A stretch of DNA of 64,000 nt. Source: Gracilinanus agilis. Lineage: Eukaryota. Within the stretch, counting starts at the first letter, position 1; every line of letters starts with the position of its first letter. The stretch is taken from assembly GCF_016433145.1 (NCBI RefSeq), contig NC_058130.1:679760621-679824620 (forward strand), written 5' to 3'. The position numbers and the translations under genes are program-made. The notes below the pieces were generated by a model, which was not told the origin of the DNA, searched no databases, and saw only the letters and a list, made by a program, of their open reading frames with translations. Below are positions 25,385 to 36,614 of the stretch, piece by piece.

Positions 25385-26452
25385 AGCCCTTACCTTCTGT
25401 CTTGGAACCAATACTGTGTATTATTGGTTCCAAGACAGAACACTGGTAAGGCCTAGGCAGTGGGGGTTAAGTGACTTGGCCAAGGTCATACAGCTAGGAA
25501 GTATGGGAGGTCAGATTTGAACCCTATAAGAATAAAGAGAGCCAGTAACCAATGTTATGATAGAGGGGAGATAGAGAGAGTCTATGAGGTGAGACTCTCT
25601 TCTAGCAATCCTCTCCACCAAATATGCACTGCAATAGACTTCGAGGGGGTGTCACCCCAAAACTGGATGGTCATGCTACCCCATAGGAGTTGGGGGCAAG
25701 GGTTCACACAAGCCTCCCCCAAGATCATTCAACTTCACAGCGGGTGGTCTGGCTCCAAGATGGAGGCAGTCAGACCAAGCTGTGATTTCCCTCCCCCTTG
25801 TTGTCTCTCAAGCACTCTGGAATGCTATCTCACTAAATGAATGGCTTTATTATGAAGGGCAGAGGAATTTTGGGGTGCCCTTTTCTCTATTTCTATGGGG
25901 TCCGTCACTCAGGTGGGAACCTTTAGGGTTCCCAATCCTAAGTGTCTCCCCTCGCCCCTTTTTCTTCTGTTTCTATTTCTATTTCTATCCTTTTTATAAT
26001 TGCAAGTTAGACTGGAAAGGGTTTCTCAGCAAGGTTGGGTAATAGGAGAAGGAGCCCAAGAGATCGCTCCCAAAATGGAGTCCAGACACTTATCTAACTC
26101 ATTGACTGAAGTCTTGCTGGGTGAGATGTGATGGAATCTTTGACCAGGGAATCAGAGTTTCAATGTCCGAAGAAAGATCCTCAGGAAATCCTCAAGACTG
26201 GATCTGAGCTGGGGTATCCTCCTCAGAACCTCTCCTCCTTCCTCGGAGGACCTCCCCTAGAAGACCTCTCCTCTCCTTCTTCCTCTGAGAAAACCCCCAG
26301 AATCCTCTCTGGTCTCAACCGTCACCAACTGTCAGTCACTCCTTCTCTGGCTCCTTCTGTCCCATCCCCTTTTGCACAAATCCCATTCTTACAACCCAGG
26401 ACCTCCCATCTCTAGGCCTGGCTCTCAATCCCTTGAGCCTCCTAGATGCCCC
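25385..26452 (-). mobile_element. Opossum-type SINE split by a solo LTR
   Basis: SINE reads ...gatttgaaccc at 25524 and resumes acccaggacctcccatctctaggcc at 26394. Confidence 0.9.
25525..26393 (-). mobile_element. Solo ERV LTR (869 bp)
   Basis: Termini tataagaat...attcttaca (inverted repeat, one mismatch); 4-bp TSD accc; minus-strand TATA (plus ttataa, ~25994) and AATAAA (plus tttatt, ~25846). Confidence 0.88.
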
Positions 26453-28679
26453 CTCATCATTTCTTATAGTACAATAGTATTCCATTATAATCATATACTA
26501 CAACTTGTTCAGGAAGATGTCTTTTTTGCCCAAAACCAGACTCACCATTTACAAGGCAATACTCCTTCTCACTCCAGGTGTGGTGGATAGAGAGCTAACC
26601 TGGAAGCCAGGAAGCCGAGGGTCAGGTTTCACCTCTGGCACAGATTAGCTGTCCCATCCAGGCTCCAATCTTCTAAGACTGTAAGCTACAGAGAAGGCAC
26701 TAACCTGCGTGAAAGAGGAAGCTCCCACCCCAGAAAGTTCTTCTTTGGGTCAGATCCCTATCCCTAGGCTTTCAGCAGTCCACGTGTGTCAGGCACTGGC
26801 GCTACAAAGACAAGAGACCTTCTGCCTTCCAAGAGCAGGGGGAAGGTTGCTTAAAGGTGTGCACAAGCCAGTCCAAAGCATAAACAAAGACAAAATAGAT
26901 TCAAGAGGGAGAGAACACCAGTCAATACAATCAACAAGCATTTATTACAGGCCTACTATGTGTTAGATACTGGGAACAGGAAAGCAAGTGTGAACTAGTC
27001 CTTCTATCGATGTCTCCCATTGAGAGGGATAAGGAATAGAAATAAATCTGTACAAAACAAATACAAGACAACTGTGGGGAAAGGAAAAGCTGGAGTGATA
27101 AGACATGGTTTCCTCCGTAAACTGGTACATAAATGGATTCTTGAGAGTGGTTAGAGACAGAGGTGTGAAGGGAGACCATTCTGTGCATGGGAGAAAAGCC
27201 AGTGCAAAGGCATAGAACCGACAGATGGACTGTAGGATGTTGGGAACAAGGACAATTTGAATGAACTATAGAATATAGAAAGTCAGTTAATACATAATAT
27301 ATTAGACCAGAAAGATAAATTGGGACCAGGCTGCAGGAAGCATTTAAAAATTGCTTATTGACTCAGATTCTTGACTTGATTTGACTTGTCTTGACTCAAC
27401 AAGTATTTGAAGGTTTTAAATGCCAGTTTACATATGATCTTTCCTCATCCCAGCAATATCTCTTAAGTAAATAGAATTGATTTAGGAAAGTGGCCAGAAG
27501 GGTAACAATTACATTCAATCGCTTCCTCACTCCCATCTCTGTCTATTGGAATCCTTCCCATCCTTCGATGTCTAGCTCAAGACTCCCTCAGCCATAAAGC
27601 CTTCCTTTCCACATACCCTCTGGAAACAAACTCTACTTACTCTCAAAACACTTTGTTCAAACTTGTCCTATGAACTGAGTATTTTTATTTGTATTAAAGC
27701 CATTTGTGTTTAATAATTCCCTCTTAAATTACAATCTCCCTTAGCAGTATGGCCCCTATTTTATTTGCCTTTGTACACAGTGCCCTGTACATAAGCGCCT
27801 GTCAAATGATTGTAGAATAGAACTGCCTGTATAAATTTGATTTGGGGAAGATGGCTTCCCCAAAGTGTCAGACTCGGAGTCAGGAAGGCATTGCCCTGAG
27901 TTCAAATATGACCTCGAGACACTTCCTAGGGGACAAGTCACTTAAACCTGTTTGCCTTAGTTTTCTTATATGTAAAAATGAGTCAGAGAAGGAAACAGCA
28001 AACCCCTCTAGAAATCTTTTCCAGGAAAACCTCAAGTGAGGTGATGAAGAGTAAGATACAATTGAAACAACTCAATAACAACAAACAAGCATCTACTAGA
28101 CCTGATCTAAGACTCAAAGAAAAAATGAATTCCTGCTCCATCTTCTTCTCCATGCATTGTTCTGGAAGGAATTTCCTCATATAGAGTCACTTTCAGTTTT
28201 TAAATAGACTCCTTTATTTCACATGACGCTAATAAGATTGCTGATAAACATCTGAGAACACATCTTAGTTTACAAACTCAATGCACCAGGAGGCCCTGAT
28301 TTGGAAATCCTTCTTGGCAACATCTCTCTGGCTGGTCTATTCAATCATTGTTCTGACACTTCCCAAAACCCTCTTTAAACAGGAAACAAAGACAAAGCAA
28401 AGCAGGTGTTGCTTTTCCACCTGATTCAGTGAACTTTCCTTCAGGAGACCAGTTCTTTTTCCTTTAGGAGGACAGGAGAAAAAAAAAAACACCATCAGAC
28501 ACGAGAAAGGATGGTGTGATGAAAAATGTGTGACTTTGCTTAATCTGGATGGAACTTCACATGTATCTACAACTGCATCCAACTTGATCAAGCAGAAATC
28601 ACCTATTCAGTCCTGAAAAACTGCATCTAAATCAAATCTTTTTTGGAAGTTACATCATATTTTTTTTATTTTTTTAAAA

Positions 28680-29095
28680 AACACTTAACTTTTGTTGTAG
28701 AATCAATACCAAGTATTAGTTCCAAAGCAGAAGAGAGGTAAGGGCTAGGCAATGGGAGTTAAGTGATTTGCCCAGGGTCACATAGGAAGTGTCTGAGGTC
28801 AAATCTGAACACAGGACCTCCCATCTCTAGCTCTGGCTTTCTAATCCCTGGAGCCACCTAGCTAGCCCTGTTTCATCATATTTTAAATACTCAAGGAATG
28901 AAAGCTCAGTACTCGAAAACCTTGTATAGGGCAGCTAGCAAAGTGAATAGAACACTAGGCCTGAAGTCAGGAGGACAAGGGTTTAAATCTAGCCTCAGAC
29001 ACTTCTTAGCTGTGTGACCCTGGGCACATCAATTAACCCCAATTGCCTAACCTTTGCCATTCTATAATATTAAGATAGAAGGTAAGGGTTTTTTA
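28680..29095. mobile_element. Two opossum-type SINEs head-to-head (- 28680-28868, + 28930-29095)
   Basis: Family signatures in opposite orientations. Confidence 0.8.
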
Positions 29096-32000
29096 AAAAG
29101 AAAAGAAAAACTTATGTCAAAGTATTAAAAAAATCACTTCCCAGTTTTAACTTATTTTTAAGTTCAGCAGTAGGTACAACAGAGTGGTTTCATTTTTTGT
29201 TTTGTTGTGTTTTTTTTGTTAAACAGAACATATTTCTATTGAATTTAAAATAAAATTTTGTATTTGTATTAAATGATATCCTCAACACAGAGCAGAGTAC
29301 ACAGTGGTTCCATCATCTCAATAATTCTGGACCCCAAGTCTGCCTTTATTGTACCATAAGATCACATCCTTGCTCACATGCTTTTTAAAAACAGGAAGTA
29401 AACCAGCAATGTGTTATTTATTGGGTTTATCAAGGGAAATGTACTTAAGAATAAGGCACTGACACCAAAATAATTGCTTTTTTTTCCTGTGGCTTGTCTT
29501 TTTATCAGTTAACATCTCCTCATAAGGAGTGGAAAGACCCATAATTGAACTATATTTCAATAATAAAAAACAACACTGCTCTTATGGAGAGCATTTTGGG
29601 GTCACTGGTCTCTTTATATAATCTCATAGTTTACTTTAAGCCTTCAGTGATTCACGTCATGCTCTCTAGAATAGCACCCACTGCTTGAAAAACACTCAAG
29701 TTCTTTGAGGAGGCAAAGAATGTGGCACAACAGAATAAGCACTCCACCTCCAGGAGTGAGGAAGCTGGAAGTGAAGTTCAACCATCTACCAGCTGGGCAA
29801 GTTTAAAGATATCAGAAAATCAAAAAATCTCACGCTTGGAAGGAATCTCCTATCCAGATCAGGAAGCCCTGAGAGGCCAATCTCTAACCCAGAGCAAGAA
29901 GCCTTTCTAGAGCATCCCTGACAGGTGGCATTCACTTTTTCCTGGAATGGTTCCAAAAGTCAAGTCAACAAGCATTTATTAAGTGCCTACCATGTGCCAA
30001 CCTCTGTGCTAAGTGCTGGTGATAAAAAGAAAGGCAAAAGACAGTCCCTACCAAGGAGCTCATATTCTAATGGGGAAAACAATATTCAGACAATATTTAC
30101 CAAAAGAATATATGCAAAATAAATTAGAGATTATCTATAAGGGAACCCACTCGAATTAATGGGGAATCTGGGAAGGCTTCCTGCAGAAAGTGAGACTTGA
30201 CTAGACACCTAAAAGAAGCCAATGTAGCCAAGAAGTGGAGATGAGGAAGAATATTCCATGCATGGGGAGACAGTAAGTGAAAATGCCTGGAGACTAGAGA
30301 GAACGTATTTTGTTCAAGAAATAACAAGGAGGTCAGAGTCACTCGATCACAGAGTAGCGCTAGCCTTTACAATATAGAAGTTAATAAAGTGAACTTACAG
30401 GTACAGTACTTTAGAGGTTATTACTATTAATATTAGCAAAAACATTTATAAAATGCTTTAATATTTGCAAAAAAAGATCACTCGACACCTCTGTGAGGTA
30501 GGGAGTACAAGCATTATTATCTCCTTTTTATAAATGAGGAAACAACTGAACCTTCAAAAGGTCAAGTGGCTTGCCCAAGGACATTTGGACAAAAAGAATA
30601 TAAAACTATATAAAATGTGAGAGTTGCCCTGGATATTCTTTATGGCTCCTTCCAGCTCTGACAGTCTCTGATATGCTGATGTCTTTGGGAAAAATGCTCT
30701 GGTCTTCTTTTTCTTCTTTTTTTTTTTAATTTTTCAGGACCCTTTTCTATCCCTAGCTGTTGCTAGACACAACTAGGGGTGCTGTCTGGGAAGAATAAAA
30801 ATAGTTTTCCCCTCAAGAATCAGACATGTACCCCAGTCCCTATAATAGACTGAGAACTGCATATAATGCCAGGCAGACTGGGGTTTGAAGGCATGATATC
30901 ATGATATTTGAAGGCATGCTCTGATAGAGCAAATCAGAGAGATAATATTTGTTAAAAACTTAAGCACGATGCTTAGCACATAGGAAACGTGTATTTCCTT
31001 CCCTTCCATTCCCATCTCTGAATCTCAGGTTTTTCCATTTTAAAATGAATATGTTATTAGGACCCACCTTCACAGGCCAAATATGAATGTACGCAAAGTG
31101 ATATATAAATGTCGAGTGTCATTACTACTGTCACTATCACTGCTGCTACTTCTACTACCACCACTCCACCACAATCTACTACTATCATCTTAAAGAGAGG
31201 AGCCCTGGAAAGGTGCACAATATATTGCACAGGTGTCATCCCAAGAACAAACACTTATTAAATTTCCTACGTTTGAAATCTCTGCTATGTCTTATTGCAT
31301 ATAAGGATGAGCAAGATTTGGTCCTTGCCTTCCACGAGCAAGTGGAAATAGAAGGGCCTAAAATATAGAAATAACTACAATCAAAAGCAAATATGTCTAG
31401 TAGCCTCTGAGAGCTGCAGAGGTCCCTGGGAGTATGTAGAAGGCAGAGATCACTTCTTATAGGAGAAATAGGTCAGGCCTCAGGAAAGACTAAGACCTCG
31501 GACCTTCAAAGCATATAAACTCCCACCACTGGGCTTGGACATCATGTGTCCCTTATTTTCTTGACTATAATAATAGGTTTCTTTTCAAAAAGGCAAATTG
31601 CTGAGGAATGCTCAAGTCATAAGCAATAACCCAAGAAAATAATGATTTATTACTGGTCCCATGTAAGGCATAAGTTTGACTAATGATAAGATTTAGTTGA
31701 CTAGAACATGGGTATTCAGTAAATATTTATTGACTGATACTCCTTAAAATGTAAACTCCCTGAGGGCAGGAAATGTTTTCTGTTTTGTCTTTGGATCCCC
31801 AGCACCTGGCACAGGGTCTCTTAGAGTGGAGGTTTAAGGAATATTTATTGGTTGGAATCAGGTTGGACTTATTTGGAATGTTGAAGAGAATATTCTTGTT
31901 TAAAGTCCAAGTGGACTAGATGTCCCTTCTAAAACTTAAATTCTAAGTTTATAAATTTCATGTTATCTTTTTTTTAAAGATGGGTTTTCACATTATAAAA

Positions 32001-32255
32001 ATGAGAAATAATCATTCATGTCTTCAGGTCAGCACTCATAGTGTTTATGAATCTTTAGAATAAAATATGCCAGCTGAATCAAGATTGAAATATTCAGTGG
32101 ACTTGTGATAAGATACCATTTAGACCTCCAGGATCACTCTATCCTCTTAAGATAAACTGAATTTCATGTCTCTTCAGGTCATTTGGAACTTAGTATATGC
32201 TAACTTTTCAGAGGTGTATGGCTTGTTTCTCTAGTTATACTTTAGATTCCTAGGG

Positions 32256-32423
32256 AAGAGGTTCTTAAGCTAGGGCCTATGAACTTTAAATAAGTATGCA
32301 TAATTTTCTTTAAAATATTAAGTATTTTATTTTATAAATTTAAAAAACTATTCTGAGAAGAGGTTCACAACTTTCACCACACTGCCAGTGGGGTCTATGA
32401 CACAAAAAAGTTAAGAATCTTAG
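32256..32423. mobile_element. hAT-Charlie-type MITE
   Basis: TIR-like ends agaggttcttaag / ttaagaatcttag; 8-bp flanks tcctaggg / gactaggg. Confidence 0.7.
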
Positions 32424-32696
32424 GACTAGGGTGGGGAACCTTGTGTTATGAGTCTTTTCTTATCCTTTAATGACTGCCTAACATAATATAATTCACATAG
32501 AAAATGCTAGATAAAATATTTATCAGAAGTTAAATAAATAATCTATTTATTATCATTTGTAACCATATCTACCAAGAAAATGCTATTTAGTGGAAGAAAC
32601 TAATCACACTTAAACCCTCTCACATCTCAGTTTCCTTCTCTATAAAATAATGATAAATTATTATATTTTCAAAACCTTTACTTTCCATATTAGAAT

Positions 32697-33159
32697 TGTG
32701 TGAGACAGAATTGAGTGTGCTAATCTCAGAATGAGTATTCAGCTTACAAAGGCTAGTTTGTTACCTTTTGTTGATTGAGAACTCCCGGACAAGTTTGGGA
32801 GAGAGATTGATGGGCAGAAAGGGCAATGAATAGCTCAAGGTTCCCCTTACCTCACCTGAAATGGGTTGGAAGAATCTACAACCGCAGTCACAGGTGTTTT
32901 GGATTGTGGTTTAGGGCCCAGTGGGGAGTGGGGGGAAGGAGCCCTGTGTTGGGAACTGGTATATATTGCCTGTTTGCTGCCTAGTCAATCAGCACTTCTT
33001 AGCCCATCACTGAAGTGCTCTTTTTCATGAAGGAAATAAACAACTGCCACTTTTTACTCCTACCTTCTGACTCTGATTTTGTTTTTTTGAGTGAGTGGGG
33101 CACTGGTGCCCATCATAGTTGAGTGGGGCAGGCACTTGTCATCAATTTTATCTCACACA
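32697..33159 (+). mobile_element. Solo ERV LTR (463 bp) inside an opossum-type SINE
   Basis: Perfect 9-bp inverted termini tgtgtgaga / tctcacaca; 4-bp TSD gaat; TATA-like tatatatt ~32960; AATAAA 33035-33040; host SINE at ~32660-32696 and 33160-33255. Confidence 0.9.
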
Positions 33160-33569
33160 GAATAAATAACTATGTATTGGTTCCAAGGCAGAAAAATGGT
33201 AAGGACTAGGCAATGGGGGTTAAGTGACTTGCCCAAGGTCACACAGCTAAGAAATATAGTGATAAGACTAAGTATTGTAAGGATCCAGTCAGAAAGTCTT
33301 TTATATTTTTTGTGACTATAAAGCTTGTGACTATAAAGTCTTTTATATTTTTTAAAACTGTACCAAGGCTTTGGGGACATCTGTCTAGAAGTGAGCTAAT
33401 ACCAAAGAGAAGTACTGGTAAAGAAAGAATATCACTCATTGACTGATTAGGTGTTATTATGGGAAAATATATGGGAAAATCCAGGGCCTGAAACTCAAGT
33501 TACAATGTGAACTAACTCTCCATACTTAAAAGAGAATCCCAGGTTAATGATTAAAAAAAATTTTTTTTT

Positions 33570-33910
33570 AAAGCTTGGATCCATTGAAAGAAGTGGAGAT
33601 GTTTGGCTTGAAGACGAAAAGACTCACAGAGAAACATGATTGCTCTGTTCAAGCATCTGAAGGGTAATCATGTTCCTTCTATTTTGTCCCAAAGGTCAGA
33701 ACTAGGAGCAGTGGGTAGAAGATGCAAAAAGGCAAATTGAGGCTAGCTTATAACAACTGGAGTTGCCAAAAGTAGAATGGGCTACCTGCCTCCAAAGGTA
33801 GTGGTTTCCCATCCATTCAAGCAGAGGTAGGCTGACTCCCTTATTAGAGATATTATAAAGGAAATTTCCGTTCATTTATGAGCCTCTGAGTTCCCTGCAA
33901 GCTCTGAGTC
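33570..33910 (+). mobile_element. L3/CR1 3' fragment
   Basis: ggagatgtttggcttgaagacgaaaagactcac...gtcagaactaggagcagtgggtagaag...tagaatgggcta. Confidence 0.75.
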
Positions 33911-34436
33911 TCCAATCCTGAAAAAGAACAGTCAAAGCCCCCTAACCAATGCTGTCCTGGGTATGTTCCAGGTTTCCACTAAATACTAAGATGGTCATTT
34001 TTTAGATAAACTCAAGTCCCATAAAACATGATGGGGTACCATAAAACCATGCTACAATCCATTAAGAGTGTTTCCTCTTTTACCAAGTAGGTTCTCTATG
34101 GCGCTATCATTGTACATTGTTATCGTGGCAGATAGCTTGTAAAGAGAAATTAGGTTTAAAAAGCAAAGGCCTCTGAAAATGAACAACTGTGTAACTTCCT
34201 CCTCATCTCCACAGATAAAACCAGCTCTGAAATTCCCCTTCTCATGTGATTGTCCTATGCTAGGTATGAAAATACCAAGGATCTCTCTTAACATTGTTCC
34301 TCTTCCCTCTGTGGTGTTTGTTGAGGAGAGCCAATTTGGCTTAGAGTAGGGCTGGTCTCCAAATCCAGTTCTAACATTTACTAGCTGCTTGTATGACCAT
34401 GGAAGAGTCATGTAACTTCTCTGGGCCTCAGTTTTC

Positions 34437-34919
34437 TCATCTGTGAAAAGGAGCTAAATATATATATATATATATATATAATTGTACAATGGTCCTGTCC
34501 ACAATTGGTAACACAGAGACTACAGCATTTTGGATTGGTTGTTCTTGAGCAGTGTTATTGCTCCCTAAAAATTTCGATTCCACAATCTCCAGTTGGAGGA
34601 TTGTGTGCTTATCTAATTTCTTTCCCTCTCTAATTTGCTTTAATACTTGGAACAGTAGCTTCATGTTCTCTACTAGTTCCCCAGAGTCAGCATCAATTTT
34701 AGCAGGAGTTGTCTTAAAGTATTGCCACAGGTGAGTCAAAACTGCCTTAGAAATCACAAGGAATTGCCAAAGAGATAGGATTATTGCAATAGCCGTAGGG
34801 ATAAAACATATGCATTCAGCAAGGGTAAGGGCAAACCATTTGTAATAATCGTATATTTCTAGAATTTGTTGCACTAAATTTGGGACTTTTATGAACCAAA
34901 AATTGCAAAGACCTTGCAT
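34437..34919 (-). CDS. ERV leader ORF, putative small membrane protein (pre-gag-like); last ~14 codons run into flanking (TA)n and MIR
   Basis: ATG start, 160 codons without a stop in AT-rich DNA; hydrophobic segment WFALTLAECICFIPTAIAIILSLWQFLVISKAVL followed by a charged amphipathic region. No evidence of expression. Confidence 0.45.
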   Translation of the reverse strand: MQGLCNFWFIKVPNLVQQILEIYDYYKWFALTLAECICFIPTAIAIILSLWQFLVISKAVLTHLWQYFKTTPAKIDADSGELVENMKLLFQVLKQIREGKKLDKHTILQLEIVESKFLGSNNTAQEQPIQNAVVSVLPIVDRTIVQLYIYIYIYLAPFHR

Positions 34920-35908
34920 GAAAGATCAAGCCATTATGGAGACACTGCCTAGAATAAATGTAATCCTTGCCAGATTCATCTTGGGTGTTTCAGAAGATTT
35001 GCAGGTTTTTACCAACTATGCTCACCAAGTTGTAATAAACAAATAAAGCAGGTGAAGTTATAATAAGGGGATAAAACAGGTAGGGTTGTAATAAGGGACT
35101 AAGGCTGGAGGTAGGAAGGGCACTTCTACAGACAAAGGTTAGGCCAGCCAGAAATGGCTTGAAACTGACTAGAGGGCTTTCTAGTCAGTTTCTCAGGTTC
35201 ACAAAGGAAGAGTCCAGATGAAGTATTGAGATTACACTTCCTCCAAGATAGACGCCTCCAAATCCCTCAGGATCCAGAGAGAAAACTATTCTTTCTCCCC
35301 TTCTCCCTCTTTTATCAAACAACCAATGATTTAGCCAAAGGTTTGATTAAGTAACAACAGTGTTTATTGAGTTTCAGGGTTGATTGTAAAGGGCAGAGGG
35401 ATACAAGGTATCTCTAAAATCGGCCTAGGGAGAAGCTCCAGGTGGGGGAGGGACACAGGAATGTGAGACTGAGACAGGACCTGCCTTACTCAGTTTCAGG
35501 AGGTTTTGTTGCATTTAAGTTTAGGAAAGTTGCATACAATGATTCAGGAGATAAATTGTATCAAGGGTAAGCCCTACTTGACTATGGGGAAACTAAGTCT
35601 ACAAAGTTGAATGCTACCACCCAGATCCACCCTGCTTCCAAAAACCCACAGGAAATTAGGAAAGAAAATGGTGATTGGGATAGGGAAGGTCAGGGAGATC
35701 CAGAGGAATTAGCTAAGCTACAAATCTTAAGAGAAAAGCTGCAGAATCAAGGCCAGGTTTTCAGCCCCAAAGATAGAGCTCAGTTGACCCTCCTGTTCTG
35801 ACGGAGACTCCAGGATCAACTCCCTCTAGTCAGGGTTCTAAACCCTTTTCAACTGTCAGAAATTCTGCAGTAAGGCTTTGCAGGGTTTATTTGCATCTTC
35901 TGCACCAC
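34481..35908 (-). mobile_element. Truncated endogenous retrovirus (5' LTR ~35031-35908, PBS, ~550 bp leader) inserted in a MIR
   Basis: Minus-strand LTR end ...tttattaca at 35031; minus AATAAA at 35363-35368; PBS-like TGGTGAGCATAGTTGGTA (35027-35010); MIR halves at ~34345-34457 and ~35993-36052. The outer LTR boundary is approximate. Confidence 0.75.
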
Positions 35909-35992
35909 TATATAGATATAGAGATAGAGATAGAGACATATATATAGATATAGAGATATAGATATATATAGATATATATAGATAGATAGATA
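35909..35992. repeat. Compound (TA)/(TAGA)/(GAGATA) microsatellite
   Basis: Directly visible; a (TA)n also lies at the other ERV end, 34458-34480. Confidence 0.95.
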
Positions 35993-36421
35993 TTCATTAC
36001 CTCCTTCATAGGATTGGAATAAGGAGAATATTCTATAAATGCTAAAGCACTTACTGTCCAGTTATTAGTGCCCCCAAGCCTCAGAAACTACTTTATGTTA
36101 ATTCTGCATATATTTTATATCTACTGATCTGTGTACATGTTGTGTCTAGCCAGGTAAATGTTAATAGTACTTGCTGAATTGAATTCTATCATAGAAATGT
36201 GAATTGTTATTCCTTCAAACTCAATATTATCACCCATCCTCTCCTCTTTCAGATCTGTCCTACAAAATATAGCCTTACTCCTGGTTGATCTAGACCTATA
36301 ATCAAAAAAAGATTAGAAATATTGATTTCTCTGGGTCTAGAATAAAGGAAAATGGATGATAAAACTCAGTCCTCCTTGCTAATTACACCCCTGAACCTAT
36401 CTCATCCCACTTGCTCTAGGG

Positions 36422-36614
36422 CAGAAGTTCTTAAGGACTAAATTTTTTGCTTTTAATATTTTGGTAACTGCATTTCAATGTAACTGATTTTCTCAGAAAG
36501 CATATGTGTTTCACTTTATACATTCAAAAACATTATTCTGAGAAGAGGTCTGTAGGATTCACTTGGTTGCCAAAGAAGTCCATACACATACACACAAAAT
36601 GTCAAGAATTCCTA
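36422..36614. mobile_element. hAT-Charlie-type MITE with perfect 8-bp TSD
   Basis: TSD ctctaggg at 36414-36421 and 36615-36622; same family as 32256-32423 (shared attctgagaagagg). Confidence 0.8.

Noticed and set aside
33276-33503. Possible extra short LTR (tgtaagg...aagttaca)
   Set aside because: No TSD (gtat versus atgt) and no clear TATA or poly(A) signal.
34052-34411. 119-aa ORF just downstream of the ERV ORF
   Set aside because: It starts inside a MIR and lies outside the ERV, so it is not gag; no recognisable domain.
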